Sequence record: LT960552.1
Direction: 5' to 3' (one strand)
Length of the DNA: 64,000 nt
The first letter of the stretch is position 1. Every line of letters begins with the position of its first letter. The translations under genes were made by a program, and so were the position numbers. The notes below the pieces were generated by a model. The model saw only the letters and a list, made by a program, of their open reading frames with translations, was not told the DNA's origin and did no database searches. This document shows, in pieces, positions 23,892 to 34,587 of the stretch.

Positions 23892-24428
23892 ATGGGTTCT
23901 TTCAATACTACTTGTGCTGTAAGTAATACACCGATCCGTGAAGGTGATAAGGTACGTTTGTTCTTCTTACTTTCTCATAAATTTAGTTACAATTTTGATC
24001 CTTTGTGAAATTCTATTTCTAATGGTTGTCAATGTTATCCACATGATGATTTCACTGTAATTGGTGGAATTTCATTGGAAGCTGAGTATTCTGATTACAA
24101 TACTTATTCATTTGATCGGGAATCTATATACGCTCGTTATATCCGTTATATTATCAAACGTGATTATGCAATGAACGTATCAGAAGAAGGTAAAAAATAT
24201 TCTGAACAATGGCAAGAAATGACTTATGATACATTGGTTATTGGTATAAAAGATTGGTATGAAGAAACTGATGTAGAATACATTGATTTCATGACTTCGC
24301 TGGAAGAATTATTAAAAGATAAAACAGAAGTTGAAATTAAAGTAGACGAGTTTAAAAATCCTGAATATCAATTTATTTCAATGTACATATGGAACAAAAT
24401 GCTACCATTACGTATTTTGAAAAATTAA
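23892..24428 (+). pseudogene. hypothetical gene with in-frame TGA at 24006-24008
   Basis: MGSFNTTCAVS... continues in frame into ORF 24075-24428. Confidence 0.7.
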
Positions 24429-24547
24429 CAAAAAATACTTGACACTGATATTAAAACATTTTATTTTATCAGTGTCAAGTATAAACAATACATTTTAATT
24501 TATAGAAGCACATTTATTTTTTCAACTAAAAGTAACAGGATGATTTA

Positions 24548-25750
24548 ATGTATAATCAAAGTGGTGACATTATCACGATTGCTCGTGAGTTTGGTAATAA
24601 AATCGGTAAAATTCCATCAGGAACTTATACCGTAGAACAAAATCCACAAACTAGTGAATTTTATCTATTAAAATCTAGCCCATTTATTCGACCATCTAAA
24701 GTATACGGTGAAATGTCCACCCGTAACGAAAAAGTAATTAAAACCTTTTTATCTCGTACTGATAAAAATACTGGTGTATTACTAAGTGGTACAAAAGGTG
24801 CAGGTAAAACCCAGCTAGCAAAAGATGTAAGTATTGCATTAGCTGAAATTGGAATTCCAACCATTATTGTCCAAAACTGTTATGTTTGTGGTGGATTCAT
24901 TAATTTCATTAAAGCAATTGAAGATCAAGCATTAATTTTGTTTGACGAATTTGAAAAAGTTTATAATAAAAGCGAATATCAGGAAGCAATTTTGACATTA
25001 CTTGATGGTACTGGATCGTACAATAAATTGTATATCCTAACATCTAATAATCGTAATGTGTCAGAATTCTTACGTAATCGTCCAAGTCGTATTTTCTATC
25101 ATTTTGAATATCGGAAGTTAAGCAAACAAGTTATGTTTGATCTTCTAAATGATAAATTGGTAAACAAAAACTATATTCCACAATTTGATACATTATGGGA
25201 AGTAGCAGAAACAATTAGCTTTGATATGATTCAATGTCTGATTGAAGAATTAAATCGTTACCCAACTCAAACATTCACAGAAACATTCCGTGAATTGAAC
25301 GTAGAAGTTGATGCACGTGATGGGAACGCATTCTTACTATCTGAGTTTACCTTAGATGGAAAACATGTGAAATTTGATGAAGAGTTTTATAATCATTTCA
25401 CTACTTTCTCATTTATGGCTAAGTATGACGATTTCCGTGTATACTTATTAGCAGAGGAAGGTACTTTGCAAAAAGAACTTCTTGCAATCTCAGCTCGTGT
25501 ATATGGTGATGAACCATATAAAGAAGATGATGATGAAGGTGCACTATACACAAATGATGATGAAAATACGGATGAAGTTAAAATTCGTGAAATTCAATAT
25601 TTTATTAATCTTGAATTTAATAAATTAGATACCCAAGTTCGTAGTACTGACATTGTTATTGACCGTGAATTAAATGGTGTTCAACTACATGCTAAGTTTG
25701 TAAAAGCTGAATCACCAGATGTTATCGAAACTATGTTCGATGGTAAATAA
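24548..25750 (+). CDS. AAA+ ATPase
   Basis: Walker A GTKGAGKT, Walker B LILFDEFEK, NRPSRI. Confidence 0.9.
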   Translation: MYNQSGDIITIAREFGNKIGKIPSGTYTVEQNPQTSEFYLLKSSPFIRPSKVYGEMSTRNEKVIKTFLSRTDKNTGVLLSGTKGAGKTQLAKDVSIALAEIGIPTIIVQNCYVCGGFINFIKAIEDQALILFDEFEKVYNKSEYQEAILTLLDGTGSYNKLYILTSNNRNVSEFLRNRPSRIFYHFEYRKLSKQVMFDLLNDKLVNKNYIPQFDTLWEVAETISFDMIQCLIEELNRYPTQTFTETFRELNVEVDARDGNAFLLSEFTLDGKHVKFDEEFYNHFTTFSFMAKYDDFRVYLLAEEGTLQKELLAISARVYGDEPYKEDDDEGALYTNDDENTDEVKIREIQYFINLEFNKLDTQVRSTDIVIDRELNGVQLHAKFVKAESPDVIETMFDGK

Positions 25751-25759
25751 ATAACAATA

Positions 25760-25980
25760 GGGAAAGGAATTGTTAGTACTTATGTACTTCCCCCTTTCCC
25801 GAATTTTATACTAAGGACTTCACCCACTCAACGATGGTGAAATACCGGCTTCCCCTAAGCACATAGAGACTTAATCAGACGGTTTCTCTCTATGATGTGG
25901 CTGAAAGGCTTACGGGGCTTGTTTGCAGTCAAGGTGCAAAAACTGAAGTGGTTATGCTGGTGGACGCACCATAAATAACT
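25760..25980 (+). ncRNA. structured intergenic RNA candidate
   Basis: Several GC-rich inverted repeats, no ORF. Confidence 0.4.
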
Positions 25981-25987
25981 GCGTTAC

Positions 25988-26058
25988 AGGGGCTTAGCAA
26001 AGCGGTTATGCGGGAAATTCCAGATTTCTTGAGGTGGGTTCGATTCCTACAGCCTCTG
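25988..26058 (+). tRNA. tRNA-Trp(CCA)
   Basis: AGGGGCT/AGCCTCT acceptor, loop TTCCAGA; ends G-CAA. Confidence 0.85.
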
Positions 26059-26129
26059 CAAATTAAGTTGACTTTATAGTCAAGTACTGATACAATATCC
26101 CTATCTTAAAAAGTAGGGATTTTTTTTAA

Positions 26130-27111
26130 ATGAAACTCATAACAAATGATGGAAAAAAAGTATATTTCAGTGCATATCATTTAAAAGTACATGCTGATGT
26201 TTGTGAGTACTTAGAAGAAGCAATAAGTACTATTGATACAAATTTTGCACCATTTATTAAGGTAGCTGTCCAATTCGATAAGATTATCGGACAAAGTACA
26301 TGCGTCAACGTTCATATCGGTGATGAATTTAAATATGCTAAACGTATTGGACGTAAATATCCTACTAGGTTTGTATTAAATCGTGAACCAGAACCATGTA
26401 GTACTGTCACTGTTATTATGAAACGTACTCCAAATAATGAGAAGTACGGCTATACTCTATTGACAGCATACATTGGTGAGTTGGCAACCAAAGAAGTGCA
26501 TGATCCAAAACTCACTTATGAGGAAGCTCATGAGGCACATGAGTTTTGGAATTCACATGCATTGATTTGGGATGAATCTATTTTGGAGACTGTATTATGA
26601 AAAAATATGATCCTATGAAAAATGCACAAAAAGTAACAAAACTTACATTAGATGAGTTATTTGGTAAAACTATATCAACCGAATTACTCTTTGATATACA
26701 TAAACGAACCACAGATAACGATTGTAAATATTACGGATATTTGAAAAAATTTATACCAACCGTAATTCAACCAGAACCATTAGGTTATTTCGATTACCTA
26801 GAACTTAATAATGGTGGAACGTTATGAGTACTTTTACATTTACTGAAATACAAATTATTGATATTTGGTTATCAAGTTCAACAAAATGTAGTAAATTGAG
26901 TTCGAATGAAACATTTATTAATTTAAAACAACATCTATACAGTACTGGAAATATTAGGTTAGAAGTTGGTATAGATTATCGTATTATGGGTAATGATTTT
27001 TACACAAAACAAACATCACAAGTACAAGAACAGATACCACAATTGATTGGTATGATTGAACAAATTGTTTCTAATGTTGGGTTTATAAAATGTTCAGTAT
27101 CTTGGAAATAA
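26130..27111 (+). other. three hypothetical genes (26130, 26597, 26824)
   Basis: ATGA-coupled ORFs. Confidence 0.7.
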
Positions 27112-27128
27112 ATTAAAAAGGAATAATT

Positions 27129-27710
27129 ATGTCATATGGTTATTGTCCATATTGTGCAGCTAAAGGTGTTAACTGTGCAAGAAATCCAATTGGACCAACT
27201 ATTTGTGAAAATGGGCATGAATATCCACATGCACTAAGGCAACCTACTCCTACTATTTTATTCAAAAAAGCAGTTAAACCATTACGAATCTATGTTGATA
27301 TGGATGGTGTTATTGCTGATTTCGAAGAACATTTATTAGGTCGTAATCCTAAAGTTATAAAACTATTACCAGGAACATATATCAGTCTTAAACCAATTAT
27401 TGGGGCGATTGAAGCCGTTCGAATGTTAATTGAATCAGGTCATGATGTATATTTGGCAACTAAGATTCCTACACATAATGTACTTGCAGCTACTGAAAAA
27501 TTGCACTGGATAAATCAATATTTTCCAGAAATGATTGCAAAAACAATTATTACACCAGACAAAGGTTGTTTGCGTGGTGATATTCTTATTGATGATAGAA
27601 AACACAAAGCTAATTGTGAAAATTTTGAAGGTACTTTTATTCATTTTGGAACAGAAGAGTTTCCATCATGGGATGTAGTACTTAAATTTATAGAGGAAAT
27701 GTTATGTTAA
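27129..27710 (+). CDS. 5'(3')-deoxyribonucleotidase (HAD) with N-terminal Cys/His segment
   Basis: IYVDMDGVIADF, EKLHWINQYF, GDILIDDR. Confidence 0.85.
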   Translation: MSYGYCPYCAAKGVNCARNPIGPTICENGHEYPHALRQPTPTILFKKAVKPLRIYVDMDGVIADFEEHLLGRNPKVIKLLPGTYISLKPIIGAIEAVRMLIESGHDVYLATKIPTHNVLAATEKLHWINQYFPEMIAKTIITPDKGCLRGDILIDDRKHKANCENFEGTFIHFGTEEFPSWDVVLKFIEEMLC

Positions 27711-28258
27711 CAGAAGTACAAAAAATTATTCAACGTATTGCTGACACTTTAAAAGATAATGAAAATTTTAATATTGAAATCGTAGATGAAGGTGTAGCAA
27801 TTCAAGTATATTCACGTTCAGGTCAATCAACATGTTATCATGGTTATGAATTATATCTAATGGAAGAAGTTGTAAAATCGTTGGGTAGTACATTAGAATA
27901 TAAAATTATTACAGATAATGGTGAAGAAATATTTGTAGTAACTACAGATGCTAATTTCAACTTACAATCATATATTAATAGTACTAATTTAAAATTACGT
28001 TCATTCAGTACTGATACAGTAAACACTGTGTTTATTGGTGAAAAATTAACTGATGATTCTCGTGGTGAATTTAGTATTTTAACTGGTTATACTAATGGAA
28101 CATGGACACGCTGTGATATTACTAAATCAGAATTACTATACGCAGCAGTTAATGATCTTTCCATTGAGCCTAATGAAAGTGGAATTTTCTGGTATCCAGT
28201 ACTTATTAATATGAATGGTGTATTCTTTGATGAACTGTCAGAGGTTGCTAATGGGTGA
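27704..28258 (+). CDS. hypothetical protein
   Basis: ORF overlapping upstream stop. Confidence 0.7.
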   Translation: MLTEVQKIIQRIADTLKDNENFNIEIVDEGVAIQVYSRSGQSTCYHGYELYLMEEVVKSLGSTLEYKIITDNGEEIFVVTTDANFNLQSYINSTNLKLRSFSTDTVNTVFIGEKLTDDSRGEFSILTGYTNGTWTRCDITKSELLYAAVNDLSIEPNESGIFWYPVLINMNGVFFDELSEVANG

Positions 28259-28286
28259 TGAAAATCACTTTTTTAAGTGGAAAATG

Positions 28287-28315
28287 TGAAACGCATAAAA
28301 AAATTATGGTATAAT
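28287..28315 (+). promoter_or_regulatory. TGAAAC-N14-TGGTATAAT promoter
   Basis: Motif match. Confidence 0.75.
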
Positions 28316-28352
28316 ATATACATATAAAGATGAGACAGTGGAGAATCAGAAA

Positions 28353-28931
28353 ATGAAAGTTACATTACGTAAAGCACATCGTTTAGTAAAAGAATTGCAA
28401 TCAAAAGTTTCAGTACGTTTTGAACAAAAAGATGTACACCACTCCGCAACAGAGCATGAAATACGTAATGCAATTTCAGAAACTCAAACTGAAAGTTTTA
28501 AATCTGTTCGCCGTGCATTAGAAATTCAAGAAGTTATTTTTTATATTCGTCAAAGTCTACAAAATGCAAATTCACAGAGTGTGGATGGAAATACGGTCAA
28601 TTCATTATTGAACCAAAAAGTTCTTATTGAAGCACAAATGAAGGTTCTTTCTTCATTTCGTGAACCATCAAAAACAAAAGATGAAGACTCTATTAATCGA
28701 GTACTACGTGAAGTAAAAGATAATCATGTAAGTACTTCAGAGTATCGTGACACGTACACACGTGTTAGCGGGTTATCTTCTGTTATGCATGATAATTTAA
28801 ATAACCTTTATGTCTCATTGAAACAAGAGCAAGAAAAAGTTAGTGATAATTTAGCTTACATTAACAACAAACTTGAAATAGAAATTAATGACAGGTACAA
28901 CGAGTTGTTAAAAGAACTACAAGTACTTTAA
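28353..28931 (+). CDS. coiled-coil hypothetical protein (MKVTLRKAHRL...)
   Basis: GGAGA SD; heptad-rich. Confidence 0.8.
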   Translation: MKVTLRKAHRLVKELQSKVSVRFEQKDVHHSATEHEIRNAISETQTESFKSVRRALEIQEVIFYIRQSLQNANSQSVDGNTVNSLLNQKVLIEAQMKVLSSFREPSKTKDEDSINRVLREVKDNHVSTSEYRDTYTRVSGLSSVMHDNLNNLYVSLKQEQEKVSDNLAYINNKLEIEINDRYNELLKELQVL

Positions 28932-28976
28932 GTATGTCATCCGGTGGATGAGGTACTAAGGGTGTAAAAGCCCTGA

Positions 28977-29183
28977 TGCTGATGAAGCAGCATTGATGAA
29001 TTTCAATGCATACCCTAAGCTGTTAAACGCTTATTGATCAATTACATAGTGTAATTAAACTGAAGAGTTTGCTCCGTTCATTCTAAACAGATATATTCTA
29101 TCTTGCTTGGTTGTGGAAACGGTATATCTCGATTGTTGTATTGCTTTATTGTACATTTGAACTGTTGCTTCGCTTCATCGGCA
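28977..29183 (+). ncRNA. structured 3' element with 8-nt periodic TTG repeats
   Basis: 12-bp closing helix 28977-28988/29172-29183; TTG at 29133, 29141, 29149, 29157, 29165. Confidence 0.5.
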
Positions 29184-29230
29184 CAATCTTTTTGTCTACG
29201 TTTTTATGTTGATTATAAAAATGTAGTACT

Positions 29231-29312
29231 GCTGCCTTCCCATAATTGGTATTGGACCGCACTTGTAATGCGGCGGGGAAACCCATTCTCGGTTCAAGTC
29301 CGAGGGGTAGCA
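29231..29312 (+). tRNA. tRNA-Thr(TGT) with long variable arm
   Basis: Loop CTTGTAA, V arm GGG-GAAA-CCC; ends A-CTA. Confidence 0.8.
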
Positions 29313-29465
29313 CTAATTAGTTATTATATGGCCGAAGTCACACTCAATGACTATAAATTTGAGTGTTTTATAGAGATTATACAGCAGAAGCTGTTTCGAA
29401 GAAATTCTGAGGCAAGTCAGCCAAGAAACAGAATGATGAAATAAAAAGTACTACGGTACTTTTAT

Positions 29466-29584
29466 CGGGAATTGGTGTAATGGCAGCACAACGTTATAAC
29501 ATAAATTCTTGTAGTAGAATTTCACAGCAACCAAAACAATTGCATAGGGAGCCGTGAGATAAGGTTCGATTCCTTGATTCCCGA
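29466..29584 (+). ncRNA. interrupted tRNA-like RNA, ACAGCA family
   Basis: Acceptor, D and T arms with insert AAATTCT/AGAATTT hairpin + ACAGCAA. Confidence 0.75.
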
Positions 29585-29807
29585 CTAAATAATGTTAATG
29601 ATGCTCACACGTAGAAATACGTAGTGGGCTTTTTCTTTTTATGGAGTTTGATAATGAAAATAACAAGATTATATAAAACTGTAGGATATGTTGCAATCAC
29701 ACTATTTAAAAATAATCCACAATATGGCGGTCAGTGTAGTACGTGTGGAAGATATGATAATGATGGTGGTCCATTATGTGGGAATGTCTTTTGTCCAGGA
29801 GGAAACT

Positions 29808-30436
29808 AATGAATCCTAATGATTTTAATAGTTCCGAAAAATATACATGGTGCTATACTATGTCTGATCTTCGTGATATGTATGACTGTTTAAAACTTGT
29901 TGATGAACGTTTTATTACTGAATATGGTTGGGCTTTACCTAATGATATTAAAGTTGGTGATACTTTTATTATTGAGGATCACAATACTGAACACGGAGTA
30001 AAACTTCTGAATAGTTTTACTATTCCATATCAATATATCGCCTGCTTTCACGCTAACATTTAAGGGTAGTTATATGAATTTTATCAGAGAAATGAAGTAC
30101 AACCAAAATAATTCATTATATGATTTTAAAACACATGTGCACAATAATAATTTTGTAAATTTTCGTGTTATTGTTGGTGGACAGGACGCATTTTACGTAA
30201 CGTATAGATTTGACACAGATACAATTGATTATATTTCATTACGTTCATATGAAGGAAGTAAATTCATCAATAATGTTACATCTATTATTGAAAGTAAAGA
30301 AATATATGAAACCGAAAAACTAACTCAACCATTTTTAACATATTTTAGTTACGAAAATATTTGTGAATTTTGTTGTTGGGTTTCCGAGGCAGTTATAAAA
30401 TCGGAGAATGAAAATGCACTTTCTAATAATGGATAA
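29808..30436 (+). other. two hypothetical genes
   Basis: ORFs with SD sites. Confidence 0.7.
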
Positions 30437-31202
30437 GTACTTTAATGAAGAAGGTTTCCGTGTAATGAAAAATTACATGGTACAAAATAATATCTCTCAC
30501 ACTTCGGTAAAACCAGTTCCAGTACTGAATATATTTGTTCCAGAAGGTGTAGAAGATTATTCCGATGCTTCATATGATAAGTACTTTGATAAATCAGTAC
30601 CTACTATGTCATTTGGTAGCTATGCATTAGCTAACCAATTAGTTAAAGAAGGATATACTCCTGGTGGGTATATTAATGAGAACTTTAATATTAAAGTTCA
30701 AATGGAAAATTGGGGATTGAATAACTTCCTTAATGGTACAGCTATATTTGGCACTTTAGAGAATATGACTGCACCAGATTGGAAACGTATCTTCATTCGT
30801 CCAGTACATGATACTAAACAAATGTTAGCTACTGTTATAGAAAAAGAAAACTTTAACTATTCTTTAGAACTATTCCGTTATGGTAAAGAACAAGGATTTG
30901 AAATTATGATTTCTGAGTTCAAAGAAATTAAAGCTGAGTTTCGTTTGTTTATTGTTAAAGGTAAAGTAGTAGCACATTCTTTATATAAATTGAATGGTAC
31001 TGTTTGTATTTCCCCTAATGTACCTGATGAAATTATTACTAAAGCAGAAGAATTAAGTACTATTTGGACTCCTGCTGAAGCATTTGTAATGGATTTTGCA
31101 GAAACTGTTGACGGATTTAAAGTACTTGAAGTTAATAACATAAACTGTGCTGGATTCTATGCATGTGATATTCCTTCAATTGTTGAGGCATTTATAAAAT
31201 GA
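30429..31202 (+). CDS. ATP-grasp domain protein (DUF4343-like), second copy
   Basis: FIRPVHDTK, EFRLFIVKGKVVAHSLY, FVMDFAETVDGFKVLEVNNIN. Confidence 0.8.
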   Translation: MDKYFNEEGFRVMKNYMVQNNISHTSVKPVPVLNIFVPEGVEDYSDASYDKYFDKSVPTMSFGSYALANQLVKEGYTPGGYINENFNIKVQMENWGLNNFLNGTAIFGTLENMTAPDWKRIFIRPVHDTKQMLATVIEKENFNYSLELFRYGKEQGFEIMISEFKEIKAEFRLFIVKGKVVAHSLYKLNGTVCISPNVPDEIITKAEELSTIWTPAEAFVMDFAETVDGFKVLEVNNINCAGFYACDIPSIVEAFIK

Positions 31203-31558
31203 AAAATCATTTGAACGAGTACTTTGAAGGATTAGATAATCTCATATTTTAATTTTATGAAACTATAAATCAAAATATTAGTTCAAAAAAAATAACTATT
31301 AAAATGACTTTTTTATATAATAAGCATATAAATTTTCATTATAATATTGAAAATGACGAATTAGTTATAGAAGATTTTGTTGATAAAATAAAATTAAAAT
31401 ATCCAAATTTCTCAAAACTTTAAGATGAAGCTTATCATTTTCAAAAAATGACAGTATGGCCTCATATTAGTTTTGAATGTACTGAAGTTGAGAAATTTAT
31501 GATTGAAATTGAAAGGATTAAAAATGAAACCGAATTTGCCCCAAGAGCCAAATCCTAA
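31199..31558 (+). pseudogene. degraded member of the EE-x-x-FQ paralog family
   Basis: In-frame TAA at 31250 and 31421; retains DEAYHFQKMT. Confidence 0.6.
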
Positions 31559-33840
31559 TTTAATTGAAAGTATGTGTATGCGTTATGACCATTCTCATGG
31601 TATCCGTTCCCCACGGTTCAATAATAATACTTTTGAAATAGAAACGGAAGAAGAGTTTGAACAAAGACAGGATTCTAACCGTAGAATGATGCGTAAACTA
31701 TATGAAGAAGTTTCGGGGTATGGATTCTATCAATATACAAAGGATGATAGTACTGATGAATGAAGCAGCTAGAAAACAATTGCATGATATAGCAGACAAC
31801 GCATGTTATATATACACTACTATTATCAGAGAAAGAATTAAGTATTCAAAGTTTAGTAATGTTAGTATTCAAATTGACAATGCTATTCAATTTACTAATA
31901 CACCAGATAAATTTGAAATGTGGATTAAATTTGGTAAGCATACTTTTATATACAGTGAAGATAGCGTAATCTATCGATATTGGGATAGAAAAAAATCTGA
32001 CAAATTTATATATGATGTAATTGAATTGCCTAATATTAACAAATTTATTTTTTCTGAAGAATATTATTTTCAGCAAAGTACTTTATTTGATTTCAAGTAT
32101 TTCGAACTAGAAGATTTAAAAGCGTTAGATACAATTCGTAAAAAAGTACAACAACAATGGTCGGATCAACTTTTAAATTGGTAATATTATGATAACACGA
32201 TATGAATTAATTGATGGTGAAATAGTACCTCACGAATTTGGTGAATATGTAAAATTCACTGATTATAAACAAGCTGAAGATGCCAGAAGTAAAGCTGTAT
32301 CAGATGCGGGTTGGGCAGCAGACGCAGCTAGAGAACAAAATGAAATTAATAGATATAAGGATTGGAACTAATGAGTACTAAAGTAATACTTAATGTTTGT
32401 AATTCTGATTTAGAATATTCACATTCTGCATGGGATGGAGCTGAAATTTCAATATATAGAATCAATGAAGTTCTTAAAGAACGTGGTATTGATATTCAAT
32501 TTTATTTAGAAACACATGAAGAAGATGAATATCCTGATAAGTTTTGGAATGAATCAAATCCAGAATATAATCCAACTGGTATTGAGATTGAAGAACATGA
32601 ATAATGAAAATCTAAAAGATGATTTATCAAGTGAATTCAGTGCATATATTGCTGAATTAAGTATAACTGATGATATTAAACATTCTAAAATTTATATATA
32701 TTGGCATTATATGGTAGGCGAATATTGTATTGAAATTAATAATAAATGGTCAGGGTATGTTCCTGAAGAATTTATATTTAAATCAGGGTTTGATAATTAT
32801 ATTCGTTGGTCAAAATATTGGGAAAAATATAGAACAGATGAATGTTTTATGGGACTATATCGTAAATTCGCTCAATCATTTGATAAATTTTTCTTGTTGG
32901 ATCACAGTAATGATAGTGAATTAGATGGTCATATGAATATGTTTTTATATATTATTAATACAAATTCAATTCCAATCGAATATCGAAAAATGATACTAAG
33001 TAGAGTAATTGAAGTATTAACTACACGTATGTATTATAATTATGCAGAAATTGTAAAATCAGCTTTGGAAGAACTTGATGGAATACAAGAAAATATCAGA
33101 AGTAGTAAAAAAGTTTAATGCTAAATTTGATGGATTATTTAAAACAGTTAATCGTGGAGATTATTGTTATTTTAAAATAAATGATTTTTTCACTATAAAA
33201 TGTGGAAATGATATGGTTGTACAATTTAAATATATGCCAAATAGTCAAGATTATTATTATATGAATTATGATTATAATAATGATTCTGTTATGTTCTATA
33301 CAACGAGAAAATATAGTGGTCATTGGAAACATTCAGCACCTGATAATATCGTAATATTTAAGAACTTAACAAGGTTATGTACAGAGGAAGGACATTTTCA
33401 GGAAATGACCAGACAGGACTTGACTGATTTTGAAATTTCTGATATAATTTCTTTATTATTGATGGGTAAGACCATAGTTGATAAAACGAAGGAATATCGA
33501 AATGTCTGAACATGCTTCACCACAATTGATAAATGTTTCTATTAAGCATGGTGACGTTATTGATATTGAACATACTTGTGTTGACCGTCGAGAGCATATT
33601 AGTGTTTTTGTAAGTCATTCTACTATTCATAACGGAAGGGGTGTTGCTATTTTTCATGATAATGATGGAAAAGTTTATCTATGGAAACCTTCAGACAAAT
33701 GTCCTCATGGTATAATTGAACGAGTTGATAGTCCAAATAAAGACTTTTTGGTGAATCCATATGTGAGAATTTACTGTCCTGATGTGGATAAATTTAGACC
33801 AGTGGATTCGTTTTCTGGTTCATATTTAATAACGAAGTAA
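31524..33840 (+). other. block of small hypothetical genes (31524, 31756, 32189, 32371, 32597, 33078, 33502)
   Basis: Contiguous ORFs. Confidence 0.7.
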
Positions 33841-33854
33841 CAGGGGAATTTGAA

Positions 33855-34256
33855 ATGGAAAAGCCAGTACTAAAATATAAATGTTATATTCTATTACGAG
33901 AAGATCTTGAAATGCCACAAGGTAAGTTTGCAGTACAAGTGGGGCATGGAATTGACCAAGCGTGGAGTAAGTATTTGGAATATAAAAATAGTTCAAATAC
34001 TAATGATATAATTGCTGTGTCTAATTTTGAAGATTGGGTATCTGAGGGACGCCGGAAGATTGTATTACGTCTTAAAGATGAAGATCATATGAATAAAATT
34101 AAAGAAAAGATACAATCTAATAGTACTGAACCATATTTTGTTCATGATATTTTTGATTATGGCTTTAATTTCTTTGATGGTTTAACTCAAACGGGTTTAA
34201 TCATTTATCCAACTCAATGTGAAATTTCTGCTGTAAAAAGGTTACGTTGTTGGTAA
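33855..34256 (+). CDS. peptidyl-tRNA hydrolase, Pth2 type
   Basis: ILLREDLEMPQGKFAVQVGHG, WVSEGRRKIVL, DGLTQTGLII. Confidence 0.8.
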   Translation: MEKPVLKYKCYILLREDLEMPQGKFAVQVGHGIDQAWSKYLEYKNSSNTNDIIAVSNFEDWVSEGRRKIVLRLKDEDHMNKIKEKIQSNSTEPYFVHDIFDYGFNFFDGLTQTGLIIYPTQCEISAVKRLRCW

Positions 34257-34261
34257 AAATA

Positions 34262-34290
34262 TGAAACAGAAATAAAATTTGTGGTATAAT
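34262..34290 (+). promoter_or_regulatory. TGAAAC-N14-TGGTATAAT promoter
   Basis: Upstream of tRNA-Leu. Confidence 0.8.
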
Positions 34291-34304
34291 ATAAATATAA
34301 CAAA

Positions 34305-34386
34305 GGGGATATGATGTAACTGGTAGCCATAAGGGTCTTAGAATCCCTCGCCTTCGGGCGTGAGAGTTCGAATCTCTCTATCCCCA
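34305..34386 (+). tRNA. tRNA-Leu(TAG)
   Basis: Loop CTTAGAA, V arm; ends A-CGA. Confidence 0.9.
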
Positions 34387-34587
34387 CGAAAGTAAATTCA
34401 GTACCCCGCTCAATGATGGTCTGAATTGTTCGAGTGCAAAAGCACAGTAGAGTCATACGTGACTCTCGCCCTTTTTGATTCATTTGGTAATTCATTATTT
34501 TGCTTGACAGTATATCATCTTTGTGTGATAATATATGTACAAGCTTTAAAGCTGCTTGATGCAGCTTTTTTTATTTCTGGAGAAAAC

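Noticed and set aside
29329-29424. AGATTATACAGCAG as a possible 16th family copy
   Set aside because: No convincing complementary closing strand; left uncounted.
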